From: a virus
Taxonomy: Duplodnaviria; Caudoviricetes
Direction: 5' to 3' (one strand)
DNA: 54,468 nt
IMG/VR virus record: IMGVR_UViG_3300021424_000043
Span: 1-54,468 of that record
Shown here: piece by piece, positions 11,017 through 20,640 of the stretch
How positions within the stretch are numbered: the first letter of the stretch is position 1
Layout of the letters: every line of letters starts with the position of its first letter
The notes under the pieces: generated by a model
What the model was told of the DNA's origin: nothing
Database searches by the model: none
Seen by the model: only the letters and a program-made list of their open reading frames with translations
Translations under genes and position numbers: made by a program

Positions 11017-11372
11017 CTTACAACATTTCTTGCTACAGGAAATACCGGAACAGGTTCAGTACTTATGCCATATAAGTTTGTTTTGGGTCTAAATGAATTA
11101 AGATAGAATATTAATGTTTGGTTTATAGTTACTTCATCTGTTTTTAAAGATTGCATTTGTTCTAATAATTCGATAGCAGGTATGCCCGACTCTGTAGAAA
11201 CTCTAAATAAAAATGCCGTATATTGTTCTGCTTGATTTTCAGTTGTGCATACAGAAATAAAAAAACTACGAACTAAATCAAATTCAGCAGTAGGAACTAT
11301 AACATCTGTCTTATAAAAACTATCAAATATTTGTGTAGTTTGATCTTGTTGATTTTTAGAAATATATGGCAT
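11013..11372 (-). CDS. Late hypothetical protein, possibly baseplate-associated
   Basis: 119-aa ORF, late promoter at 11391-11398, ATGA overlap with the gp4-like gene. Confidence 0.55.
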   Translation of the reverse strand: MPYISKNQQDQTTQIFDSFYKTDVIVPTAEFDLVRSFFISVCTTENQAEQYTAFLFRVSTESGIPAIELLEQMQSLKTDEVTINQTLIFYLNSFRPKTNLYGISTEPVPVFPVARNVVR

Positions 11373-11389
11373 ACTATGAACCGCTTTAG

Positions 11390-11449
11390 CTATTTATCAA
11401 TAGAAAAATGGGGTCATCGGTATATACATAAAATTTAAATTAACCGCCC
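11390..11449. repeat. Copy 1 of a ~60-bp duplicated intergenic element containing a late promoter (copy 2 at ~12883-12943)
   Basis: ctatttatcaatagaaaaatggggtcatcggtatatacataaaatttaaattaaccgcc versus ctatttatcaatagaaaaaatggggttatccttatatactaaaaattaaaattaactgcc. Confidence 0.85.
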
Positions 11450-12861
11450 CTACCTCTGGGGGCATTATTATCAACAACAGGAGTGCCTTTGTCTGATTGT
11501 TTGCCGTCTGGCGTTTCTGCTTTCTTTCTTAAGTCAATACCCGTTACATCCTTAATTGTGCCACCTACTGCCCCACCAACATTGGTAAATCCGCCTAATA
11601 CTTGTTTGCCTAAGGTTTTAATACCATTAATTATTGGATTTCCTTGTCTAATATCAACTTTGTTTTCTTCACCACCATAGACTGTTCCTGTAGTCGGAGC
11701 TCCTGCAGCCAGTGCATCAGTTGCTTGGCTAGCTTTGTTATCGAATGTAAAAGATAAATTTCTAGTTTCGTTTGGTTTTGCACGTAAATTGTTTAATAGT
11801 GAGTTCTTTAATTCTGTTTTTAGCGTTTGTTTTATATCAGTGTTCTTTAATGTTTTATACGCTGCACCTGCTGCTCTAATTGCACCTAGTGGATTGTCGC
11901 CTGCGCCCTTTAATGCCCCGCCGACGCTATCAATTAATCCGTCCTTACCAAGTATCTTTCCAGTTGACCCAGGCATAGCAATAGGACTTTTTGTTCTATC
12001 ATAATTTGCTACATCGCCAAAGCCAGGAACAAGATTACTAGGCTTATCTCCGTCTATTGCACCCTCATTATATACTACTGTTTCATAATCAAGTGTCATA
12101 ATATTTTTCATAACACCTGCAGCTTCATCATAGGCATAGGTGTCATGTGCAAATTCTGTTATGGTTGGGTTTATTAAAGTGTAGGCTATAAAGTTTTTTT
12201 GATAAAATCCATATATAGTTATTTCACTAAAGAAATTAGGTTTTTTAGGCGCGCTATCATTTATTGGATTATATCCATAGAAAAGTTTTCCTGACAAATC
12301 ATTTTCATAAATGTTTCTATTTTTAAAATCAGGATCTTGCACAGGCGCTGCTGTTTTACTACCTGCACCTGCCAACCCTCTTACTTCTCCTGTTTGTGTG
12401 TTTTTACTTAGGTCTTGACCGAAACCGCCGCGTGTACCACTAAATGAAACTTTAGGTACAGCACCATCATAATAATAATATGTATAATATGCAGCCCACA
12501 ATTTATTCATACTGTTGCCGTTATCGTCGAAAAAAGTAAACTGTACTGGATTATATTTTATTTTTGTTTGTACAATACGTTTACGATTGTATTGATTCAT
12601 TTGATGAGTAGCAAATTGATAACTAGGCAATTTTACATCACGCACTAATAGACCAAAATTTTGTTGTGTACCAAGGTTTGCATCTAAGTCATAAACTATT
12701 GAGTTTACATTAAAATAACAATGAAATAGAAATTTATTTTTAGGGGCGTTTTGATATGCATAAGGCCCGAACGTTTTACTTGCGTGGCGATAATCTCGCA
12801 GATAATCATTGCCGAAAAATCCGCTGCCTACGTCTTTAAGTAAATTTTGAAAAACACCCAT
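11440..12861 (-). CDS. Tail tube-like/baseplate tail-tube initiator (gp48/gp54-like), 473 aa
   Basis: PKNKFLF...VRDVKLPSY......NQYNRK...YNPVQFTFFDD...MTLDYE pattern of the gp19 fold; adjacent to the tube gene. Confidence 0.65.
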   Translation of the reverse strand: MGVFQNLLKDVGSGFFGNDYLRDYRHASKTFGPYAYQNAPKNKFLFHCYFNVNSIVYDLDANLGTQQNFGLLVRDVKLPSYQFATHQMNQYNRKRIVQTKIKYNPVQFTFFDDNGNSMNKLWAAYYTYYYYDGAVPKVSFSGTRGGFGQDLSKNTQTGEVRGLAGAGSKTAAPVQDPDFKNRNIYENDLSGKLFYGYNPINDSAPKKPNFFSEITIYGFYQKNFIAYTLINPTITEFAHDTYAYDEAAGVMKNIMTLDYETVVYNEGAIDGDKPSNLVPGFGDVANYDRTKSPIAMPGSTGKILGKDGLIDSVGGALKGAGDNPLGAIRAAGAAYKTLKNTDIKQTLKTELKNSLLNNLRAKPNETRNLSFTFDNKASQATDALAAGAPTTGTVYGGEENKVDIRQGNPIINGIKTLGKQVLGGFTNVGGAVGGTIKDVTGIDLRKKAETPDGKQSDKGTPVVDNNAPRGRGG

Positions 12862-12919
12862 ATAAGGTAAACCCCATTTAAACTATTTATCAATAGAAAA
12901 AATGGGGTTATCCTTATAT
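12860..12919 (-). promoter_or_regulatory. RBS-occluding hairpin with late promoter GATAAATA (12884-12891) in its loop
   Basis: Arms 12860-12879 and 12900-12919 are complementary at 18 of 20 positions and cover the SD and the AU of the start codon. Confidence 0.8.
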
Positions 12920-12933
12920 ACTAAAAATTAAAA

Positions 12934-13572
12934 TTAACTGCCGCCGCCAATACCAGTAACTGATGCTCCTGCTAAACTTCTTCCGATAGCCTGACCAACT
13001 CCACTAGTTAGTGGTGATTGTATAGCATTATCATAACGTAATGTTAATGCAATTTGTGCAGGTTCATTAGTGTTATAGTCTAAGTTGTTATAGTTTGCTG
13101 TTTGAATAAAGCAACCATAAATTTCCCAAGTTTCAAGAACGTTTGGTTTGTTTGCTCCATTTCCACCATCTAATACTTCAATATTAGTTTGGAACTTATA
13201 ATCTTGACCAGTTGCAGCACTTGACATTTCTACGAAATCTAATTGTTTCTGTAATTGTTGTCCTACTGCTTTTGATACACTACCTGATGCATCATCACGC
13301 AATGAAACATTTATTGGCTGCCATGCGTATCTACCTGCAAGATATAAAGTTGAGTTATAAATTGGGATAGTGATTTCAGGAAACTGAACTTGTGGTCGTG
13401 ATACGTTCATTACTTGCTTTGTTAATTGTAGACCGCTGGACGTGTCAACACCAAAGTTAATGAAGTTTACTCTAAAGCGAAATTGTAGTTTAGGCATCAA
13501 CAGGCCCTGATTGCCTCCGGCATTATCAGATGCTACTGTCATGTTAAACAATGATTGTGAGGCTGTTGCCAT
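12934..13572 (-). CDS. Tail tube protein (gp19-like)
   Basis: PKLQFRFRV...RPQVQF.E......YLAGR..WQPI.VSLRDD...YKF...IEVLDG...ETWEIYGCF...LDY.....I.LTLRYDNA; directly downstream of the sheath. Confidence 0.88.
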   Translation of the reverse strand: MATASQSLFNMTVASDNAGGNQGLLMPKLQFRFRVNFINFGVDTSSGLQLTKQVMNVSRPQVQFPEITIPIYNSTLYLAGRYAWQPINVSLRDDASGSVSKAVGQQLQKQLDFVEMSSAATGQDYKFQTNIEVLDGGNGANKPNVLETWEIYGCFIQTANYNNLDYNTNEPAQIALTLRYDNAIQSPLTSGVGQAIGRSLAGASVTGIGGGS

Positions 13573-13593
13573 TTTAATTCTCCGTATATACTA

Positions 13594-13627
13594 TATTTAG
13601 TCAGTGTGCGCCACTTGCATGGCGCAC
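13594..13627 (-). promoter_or_regulatory. Stem-loop (gtgcgcca/tggcgcac) followed by late promoter ACTAAATA, between sheath and tube
   Basis: 8-bp GC-rich stem at 13606-13627 with no U-tract; promoter at 13594-13601. Confidence 0.6.
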
Positions 13628-13638
13628 TGTTATTTCAA

Positions 13639-16600
13639 TTATGCTCCTGACAATTCACCAGTGTTCAATATACGTACTGGGATGTAGATAAATTCTGCTG
13701 CCTTGACTGGTTCAAGAGCAACGTCGATCCACAATTCATTACGATCTATTCTTGCTGGAGTATTGTTTGATTCATCGCAGACTACCAAGTAGTCATAGAT
13801 ACCTCTCTTAGCAACAAGATCAATCATTAGTGATTCTACTACTCCAGCGATTTGTTGACGAGTCAACGCATCGTTAGGTTCGAATACGAATGGTCTTGCT
13901 GCGATAGTCAATTGACGACGTACATAAGCGACCAAACGTGCTACGTTTGTACGATCAAGTGCGCTTTGACTATTAAATGATGTCTTATTACCATAGTTCA
14001 ATAAGCCATTACCAGTAAAGAATACTAGTGGGTTTATGAAGTTAGTATACAATACATTACGTATGCCTAGTGGTGTCTTACTAACCACGAACTCTCCTGT
14101 GTCACGATCTAAGTAACCGATACCTGTAGCGTTGTCAATCAGACCACGACGAGTACCAGCAGCCGCTAACCAAGGAAATGCAACTGTATCATTTTTAATA
14201 AATGTACGCAACATCATATGACTTGCTGGGACAGCAACTATATTACCGCTCAAGTCTGGAGCGACACCGCTTGGATAGAACAAGCCAAGATAAGTATCGC
14301 GTGTTACACAACCTGTTTCACCAGTGCCTGTAGCACCAGCAGCATTAGTTGCCCATGCTTGAATATCTGTTGCACTTTCTGCTAGACCCATTGGAGTGTC
14401 ACCCAAGATATAACCTGTCTGCCCACGATCATTGTTTAATACGACCATGTTTGGTTGTAGTTCAGGATAATTAGGTGTTGCCATTAAGTTGAAGAAGTTA
14501 TCTTCATCGCGTAGTGATTGATTTGTGTCCATTGTCGAACGCATAGCCTTTACAACCATGTTGCGCTGTGCCTTGCGTCCCATATACGCCTTACCTTTAT
14601 CATCTAATCCACTCGCTGAAACCCATGTTGAAGAAATTGTTGGGTATGTTGATTTGTCTGGGAAATTAGTTGAAGTCAAGTAATTTGTGCGATACTGCTT
14701 AACATTATATCCTGAGCGGCGTGTGTTGAACAACAGTATACCAGTTGGATATAAATTTGAGTTAGGAGCATCAACATCAAGATAATTGGCGTTGACAGTA
14801 GCCGTGCTTTTCAACATTGATTTAATAGTTGGGATAGGATCATCTGCTGGGTTAGTTGTGCCGTTAAGTGCCCAACGCGCATCTGCAAACAATACTCCTG
14901 TTGCACTTGTTTGATCATTTGTATCTAACAATACCCAAGTACCTGTTTCTGGTGCTACATATGTACCATTGCTATTTCTCTTTGCTTGCCAACGATAGAT
15001 TACTGGGAAGTTTTCTAAGTCGCTAGTATCAATCCATAGATCACCATAACTTAATGCAGTAGTACCATCACTTTGTGTTGTTGGTGCGCTTGCTGCCATA
15101 ATTGGGCCATTTGGATCAGTTGTATTTGTTCCAGTAGTTTTTGGGAAACCATTCTTATCGTATGCTTGGTTACGATATGCCTTCCAGTATGCACCAGTTG
15201 TTGCATCTGCTGTTTGGCATCTAACCATAATATCTGCTTGGTCAGCAACAGCCCAGAACCAATTAGTTCTATCTGGCGGGGCAACATTTGGGAAACCTTC
15301 GTTTGGTTCGTAGTCCACATAATACCAGTTACTTAACATAGTAGTGAACATAGTTGGAGCAACACTTGCTGTTGATCCTGCTAACGCAACTGCTGTGACG
15401 GCTCCGCCGCTTACTGCTGTAATCTTTATGTTTACGTCATTAGTTGTAGCAGCGCCGCCAATTAATGTGCCTAATACTTTTACAGTATCGCCAGCAGCAT
15501 AGCCTGAGCCTGCATTACCAAAAGTATCTCTATCAACTGTTACATAACCATATTGAGTCGATAAATTAACAGTTAGACCTGTACCTGATGATGAGATATT
15601 AGTTGTTGCAAATGCAGTATCAGAAATTGCTACTGATGGTCCCCACTTACAGCCATCTGTAGTACCTGATACTAAACCTGCCTCGTCTAGTACACCGATT
15701 GACGCATAGTTTGTACCAGTATTTTCATTGATAACAATTTCACCGCCTTCTGTGTGAGTTATTACGATTGCGCCATCACTGTTTACAGCTGCCGTAGTGT
15801 AACTAATATTTGCTGCACTCCATGCTGTTGCAAACTGTGCTGCATTACTGCTAGCAGCAATAGTAACTTCCCAAGGTTCAGAAGTTAATGGATTATTTTG
15901 AAACGCTGTTTCGCCAGGAGCACTTACTTGAACTTTTAATGTACCACCTGAACTAAATTCTGGGCTAGTGTTGCTGCCTGTAACAACAGTTGGCCCTATA
16001 GAATTACGCTTCCAAATATATACTGGAGATTGATCATATGCTCCATACGGATCGACCTGCATATATACGCTACCTGCTGGAATATTCTTACCACCAAGAG
16101 TATCTACTGCATTAGTGGCTAGCATGTCACTTTGGAATACGTTACAAGTACGTGATCTCCAAGTAGCAAGTGTTGAATCAAAACTACTAACTTTTGGATT
16201 TAATCCATTAGTTACAGTTGAGATTTTAATCCATACTGAATTAGTTGGAGCAGGTGTTGTTCCTGCAACTGCTGGAAGACTGCCCTGCCACAATGGCTGC
16301 TGCGCTGACGTACCAAAGAACATTTGTGGTTGATAGTAATCACCTGCAGTTATACCTAGTGATGATAATGCTGTACCGCCCAATGTCCATTTTGTTGCAC
16401 TGGAAGTTGGGTCATCGTCAATTAGGCTACGACCAAATATGTTAAGTACATTATTGGTTGAACTTGCAGCAATATCTTGTATTGCTAATGTATTATTAAT
16501 TTGACCAACAAGTGAACTTAGTGTAGTTCCAGTCGCAGTAACAGTATATGTTACTCCGCTATTAGTAAATGTTACTGTATCGCCAATAGTAATAGTTGGG

Positions 16601-17307
16601 CTAGTAGTACTTCCCGAAACCATTGGGATAGAACTTAGCCAATCGAAACTACCTACTTCGACCCAAGAATTCAAATAATTCTTATAATAATAAGTAGCCT
16701 TTTCTGTTACTGGATTGCCTTCTTTGGCTTCATAATCAACTATAGCAAAATCGCCTATTGCGCCAATGCTTGCAGCAGGGGCACCTGAAGATGTATCCTC
16801 TTCGTCAGTGATTATTGCTACAGGTGACTTATAATAATATGATTGTTTTTCGTTGCTCCAACAATAGATACCCCAAGTTGTTGTAGTTGTATCTAACCAG
16901 TATGTGCCATCTGCTGGATTTGCAGTTGGGCGTCCTGTTCTACCTACTAGACTTGCTAGATCAATATCTGCCCTTAATATATAAGCATTGTTTGTTACAC
17001 CCAATACTGAGTACGCTGCTAATAGACCATACTCATTTAATTCATACCCTTGAATTGGAGTACCGTCAGCAGTCTGATAGAAGAATGGATTACCATATAG
17101 TGTAACCAAATCTCTCTGACTAGTGACTTGAAATAATTTACCTGCATTTGCAGTTGTTGTTGCTTGCGCAATACCTACGCCTGCTGGGTTAGCCTTATTT
17201 GCTGCTGTAGCAACCATTACGAATGGTACACTTCCGCCTGCTGCGGGTAGATATTGTGACTGGTCGATAATTGTAACTTCGACGCCTGGTGATGTTAAAG
17301 CTGGCAT
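13639..17307 (-). CDS. Tail sheath protein (gp18-like) with a large central insertion, 1222 aa
   Basis: N-terminal LTSPGVEVTIIDQS; C-terminal FPWLAAAG..RG, LY...INP, YGNKT, ALDRTNVARL, FVFEPND, VVCDESNNTP..IDRNEL..D....PVKAAEFI. Confidence 0.95.
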   Translation of the reverse strand: MPALTSPGVEVTIIDQSQYLPAAGGSVPFVMVATAANKANPAGVGIAQATTTANAGKLFQVTSQRDLVTLYGNPFFYQTADGTPIQGYELNEYGLLAAYSVLGVTNNAYILRADIDLASLVGRTGRPTANPADGTYWLDTTTTTWGIYCWSNEKQSYYYKSPVAIITDEEDTSSGAPAASIGAIGDFAIVDYEAKEGNPVTEKATYYYKNYLNSWVEVGSFDWLSSIPMVSGSTTSPTITIGDTVTFTNSGVTYTVTATGTTLSSLVGQINNTLAIQDIAASSTNNVLNIFGRSLIDDDPTSSATKWTLGGTALSSLGITAGDYYQPQMFFGTSAQQPLWQGSLPAVAGTTPAPTNSVWIKISTVTNGLNPKVSSFDSTLATWRSRTCNVFQSDMLATNAVDTLGGKNIPAGSVYMQVDPYGAYDQSPVYIWKRNSIGPTVVTGSNTSPEFSSGGTLKVQVSAPGETAFQNNPLTSEPWEVTIAASSNAAQFATAWSAANISYTTAAVNSDGAIVITHTEGGEIVINENTGTNYASIGVLDEAGLVSGTTDGCKWGPSVAISDTAFATTNISSSGTGLTVNLSTQYGYVTVDRDTFGNAGSGYAAGDTVKVLGTLIGGAATTNDVNIKITAVSGGAVTAVALAGSTASVAPTMFTTMLSNWYYVDYEPNEGFPNVAPPDRTNWFWAVADQADIMVRCQTADATTGAYWKAYRNQAYDKNGFPKTTGTNTTDPNGPIMAASAPTTQSDGTTALSYGDLWIDTSDLENFPVIYRWQAKRNSNGTYVAPETGTWVLLDTNDQTSATGVLFADARWALNGTTNPADDPIPTIKSMLKSTATVNANYLDVDAPNSNLYPTGILLFNTRRSGYNVKQYRTNYLTSTNFPDKSTYPTISSTWVSASGLDDKGKAYMGRKAQRNMVVKAMRSTMDTNQSLRDEDNFFNLMATPNYPELQPNMVVLNNDRGQTGYILGDTPMGLAESATDIQAWATNAAGATGTGETGCVTRDTYLGLFYPSGVAPDLSGNIVAVPASHMMLRTFIKNDTVAFPWLAAAGTRRGLIDNATGIGYLDRDTGEFVVSKTPLGIRNVLYTNFINPLVFFTGNGLLNYGNKTSFNSQSALDRTNVARLVAYVRRQLTIAARPFVFEPNDALTRQQIAGVVESLMIDLVAKRGIYDYLVVCDESNNTPARIDRNELWIDVALEPVKAAEFIYIPVRILNTGELSGA

Positions 17308-17364
17308 TTTTCTGTTTCCTATGTTGTAATATTTTGAGGGTTACATACCCTGGTTTCTTAATAA

Positions 17365-17426
17365 TATTTATTAATTAATAGGAAAAACTGCCCAATAGCA
17401 AACCTTCGAAGGTTTTTTGTTAAATA
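17365..17426. promoter_or_regulatory. Divergent late promoters (AATAAATA minus 17365-17372; GTTAAATA plus 17419-17426) flanking a perfect 16-bp palindrome AAACCTTCGAAGGTTT (17400-17415)
   Basis: Read directly from the sequence. Confidence 0.6.
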
Positions 17427-17431
17427 AGTTT

Positions 17432-17785
17432 ATGATTAAAATAAGACCTATTTGTACTGTTTGTAATAAGAATTATAGTGCTATTAACTATATAAAGGAT
17501 AATATTAAGCATTATCGCAGTCATTGTGATGATTGCGGCAAAAAGAAAATTAAAGCAAAAAAAAGATTATTTAATTGGGAAAAGGCTGGTTATAAAAAGA
17601 AACTAGTATGTGATAATTGTGGTTTTAAATCAATATATCCTAGTCAAATGACTGTATTTCACATTGATGGAAATTTAAAAAACATTAAACTTGTAAATCT
17701 AAGGACTATTTGTTTAAATTGTGTAGAAATTGTTAAGCGAAAAGAATTGTCCTGGAAGCGCGGCGATTTACAGATTGATTATTGA
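17432..17785 (+). CDS. Zn-ribbon plus HNH-like protein, possibly degenerate
   Basis: CxxC pairs and VFHIDGNLKN...NLRTICLNC; ATG at 17432 preferred over the ORF-track TTG at 17417. Confidence 0.7.
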   Translation: MIKIRPICTVCNKNYSAINYIKDNIKHYRSHCDDCGKKKIKAKKRLFNWEKAGYKKKLVCDNCGFKSIYPSQMTVFHIDGNLKNIKLVNLRTICLNCVEIVKRKELSWKRGDLQIDY

Positions 17786-18400
17786 GTCAATTTGACGATG
17801 TAGTTCATCTACTGTGCTATTATTATCAATGTAGTAATCATATTTAAGTCCCACACTACTATATTCACTAGCATGAATATTATGTTCTTCTAGTATTTTT
17901 CTAGCATTCATATATCCAGCACTATAATAACCACGACTATATTCAAGAGCCGCATCATACCAAAAAGGGTTTTCCCCACGATTAACTCTTATTGTATTTC
18001 CCCCTGCGTTCTTAATTGCTTTAAGTTCATTAGGGAAACGTGCATCGCTCAATACTATGTTGTCTTTTATACTACGTAGTTTATTTTCTACGCTAGCAAT
18101 CCATATATCATCGTGAAACGCACGACGGCCTACTTCTGTTCCCCACTGCTGTAATACAAAACGTGGCGTTAAATGCGGCAAATCTAATCTTTTTGCCCAC
18201 CAAATATCAACTTGCTCTCGCCATTCACGACTATGGGCTGTTCTACCTTCAAGTAATTCACGGTCCCAGCCAAAGATTGCGCTAATTGCATCTTTGAGCG
18301 GTTCCGCAAAACTCATACGTCTGAATCCCTTAAAGGTTACAAGATAATCAGCAATCGTGTCCTTACCAGACCCAATAAAGCCAGTAATGCTGATAATCAT
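17768..18400 (-). CDS. Deoxynucleoside monophosphate kinase (T4 gp1-like)
   Basis: IISITGFIGSGKDT P-loop; SFAEPLK; TPRFVLQQWGTEVGR; SDARFPNE; HASE. Confidence 0.92.
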   Translation of the reverse strand: MIISITGFIGSGKDTIADYLVTFKGFRRMSFAEPLKDAISAIFGWDRELLEGRTAHSREWREQVDIWWAKRLDLPHLTPRFVLQQWGTEVGRRAFHDDIWIASVENKLRSIKDNIVLSDARFPNELKAIKNAGGNTIRVNRGENPFWYDAALEYSRGYYSAGYMNARKILEEHNIHASEYSSVGLKYDYYIDNNSTVDELHRQIDSIINL

Positions 18401-18481
18401 ATACTAATTTCCATAATACTATTATATAAGGCTTGATTACAAAAATCTAGCGTTATTTTTACCAATATTTAATAACCAAGA

Positions 18482-19783
18482 CTATATAGCACTTCCAGCC
18501 TTTCTATCTATCGCCTTATCAGTTGAAGCGACCAAATATAGGAACTTTTTTAAATCAGATTGAAAATAGCATCTATCAGAGACATAATTTACACATCTAT
18601 TGTAGTTATGTTGTAAAATAGGCTCCATTTCGTTTAATATTACTTGCCATTGTTTAGCATTTAAACTGGTCAATCTTTTAACTTCCATTGCTATTTTTTC
18701 CATTCTTTTAATGTCGTTTACTTCTTGATCATAACTTTCATCAAACCATTTGGAGAAGGTAAGAAATCCCATGTCTTTTATATATTCTAATGTATAGGGT
18801 CTAGCAAAAGTAATAAAGGGATGTTTTGCCAATATAGATTTAATTTCCTTTTCATTAATAGATACTGAACGTTCCTGTTCTTCTAAAGCCCATGTGCCGA
18901 TAATTAAACTGAAATATGTTTGTTGACAAAACTCTATAGGAAATGACGTATACCCTACATGATTAGTAATAAAATCATTTGTATCTACTGTTAATGGAAA
19001 CTTATGTTTAATTTTTTCAAATCCTATACGTAATCTTTCGTCTCTATCCAATTCGCAGCACCTTACATTAGGAGTGGTGCCTAAACTTACGTATCCATAT
19101 TGTAAAAGATCATAGTAAGATAATAATGATACCATCATTATTCTATGCTCTCTAGGCATTCTATTCAAACAAAGATAAGTTTTAATTTTAGGTTTAGTTC
19201 TGTCGTAATCATATAATGGGAATTCAAGTTTGTTAAACGTATTGAATAAGTGTGGCGAATATATAGTTAAAATTTTATCTTTAATATTTTGTTCATTTGC
19301 AAAACTTTCATAGTGTTCATTTAGTTTATAGGCATTACATACATAGATTACTTTATGAGCAGGTAACTGTGTATTTTTTAAAAGCTGATGTGTTTTTTCA
19401 AAAAAACATCTAGTGTGACTTTCCCAACTATTGTTAATTACAAGATAAGCACATCCTTCTATCAATTCTTTCTTAACATCATCATTTATACTGTCTAAAA
19501 TATTCCCATCAAATTCACTGTAATTCCACCAATTTAGACTAACATCAACAATCCATGGTAATTTTTTATCTATTTCCTCAAAATGTAACAAATCAACTTG
19601 TATGCCTATCTGTAAAAAATTTTCCTTGATTATTTTATAATAGCAGGGAGCATGTAAATTTGCCTTATTACTATGTTTAAAATTTTGTTTGCCTGGCCAC
19701 TTAATCTTGTCTAAATCGCTAGGTGTATCTTTTAGAAATCCCCTTTCAGATGAAAGAATTTGAAATTTCATAAAATCATGCAA
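18482..19783 (-). CDS. Putative glycosyltransferase-like (GT-B) protein
   Basis: YLCLNR.PR.HR, INEK..K.I...HPFI, L.YIKDMGF.TF..WFDESYD motifs, typical of GT-like genes in large phages; start uncertain. Confidence 0.5.
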   Translation of the reverse strand: MHDFMKFQILSSERGFLKDTPSDLDKIKWPGKQNFKHSNKANLHAPCYYKIIKENFLQIGIQVDLLHFEEIDKKLPWIVDVSLNWWNYSEFDGNILDSINDDVKKELIEGCAYLVINNSWESHTRCFFEKTHQLLKNTQLPAHKVIYVCNAYKLNEHYESFANEQNIKDKILTIYSPHLFNTFNKLEFPLYDYDRTKPKIKTYLCLNRMPREHRIMMVSLLSYYDLLQYGYVSLGTTPNVRCCELDRDERLRIGFEKIKHKFPLTVDTNDFITNHVGYTSFPIEFCQQTYFSLIIGTWALEEQERSVSINEKEIKSILAKHPFITFARPYTLEYIKDMGFLTFSKWFDESYDQEVNDIKRMEKIAMEVKRLTSLNAKQWQVILNEMEPILQHNYNRCVNYVSDRCYFQSDLKKFLYLVASTDKAIDRKAGSAI

Positions 19784-19809
19784 CTAAAAACTACTAAGTG
19801 CTGTAATCT

Positions 19810-20595
19810 TTAACCTTGAATCCAAGTTAGAGGCTGACTATAATCTACATACTTACGCAACTCATCCATTAAACGATTCATCTCTTCTTTACTTTCATTT
19901 TTCATTGCAGTACCATTCAAAGTTGTGCCACCACCGGGTCCGGCAATACTACCATATTTTTCACGGGCTTCGCCAATTATACCTTTAAGCACTGCCAAAA
20001 TCATATTACCTATCCAAACGCCTGCGCCGGGATCTAGTAATAATTCTAATTCTGGTCGCTGAACATCTGCCCAAATAAGTACACGCTCACCTGTACCTTT
20101 AAAGTCACGTACCATTTTCAACACTTTTGTTACTGGATTAAATGTGTATGTAACATAGCCACCGAACATACGTGCTGCTAATTCAACATAGCCTGCATAA
20201 AAGTCGTATGTAGCCATACCACCTGTGTAGTTATAGTTTAATAGATAAGTGTTTAATATAGCACTTGAAAATGGATCAAAACTTGTGCTACTTGGTCCTG
20301 TTTCAAGACCTACTGTTCTACGAAATATTGCACGTACATTTATAAATTCTGCAGGAAGAGTATAGGTATCAATATTTTTAATAATTGTAAGTAAAGTATA
20401 AGACTCTATATTAGCATTTTGTGCTGCCTGACGATATAATTTAATAGTGTAGTTATATGCAGCCTCATAGTGTTGCGGATCTAATTCTAGATCAATTATA
20501 TCACCACCTAAACGCAAGCGTAGATTATTGAATAAACCTTGTTTTGCTTCTTCTAAAGTAGCATTTGTAGGTGTTGCTAGTGGATCGTTAGCCAT
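19810..20595 (-). CDS. Neck protein (T4 gp13-like head-tail adaptor)
   Basis: LRLGG.IIDLELD..H; YTLP; GEAREKY..IAGPGGGTTLNG..MK.E..E...L motifs. Confidence 0.85.
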   Translation of the reverse strand: MANDPLATPTNATLEEAKQGLFNNLRLRLGGDIIDLELDPQHYEAAYNYTIKLYRQAAQNANIESYTLLTIIKNIDTYTLPAEFINVRAIFRRTVGLETGPSSTSFDPFSSAILNTYLLNYNYTGGMATYDFYAGYVELAARMFGGYVTYTFNPVTKVLKMVRDFKGTGERVLIWADVQRPELELLLDPGAGVWIGNMILAVLKGIIGEAREKYGSIAGPGGGTTLNGTAMKNESKEEMNRLMDELRKYVDYSQPLTWIQG

Positions 20596-20634
20596 AAAAC
20601 TTCCCGATAATAAACTATTTATCGGAAGTTTATG
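20593..20634 (-). promoter_or_regulatory. Hairpin covering the SD and AUG of the neck gene, overlapping late promoter GATAAATA (20616-20623)
   Basis: cataaaacttcccgataa / ttatcggaagtttatg: 16 pairs with two 1-nt bulges. Confidence 0.8.
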
Positions 20635-20640
20635 TATAAG

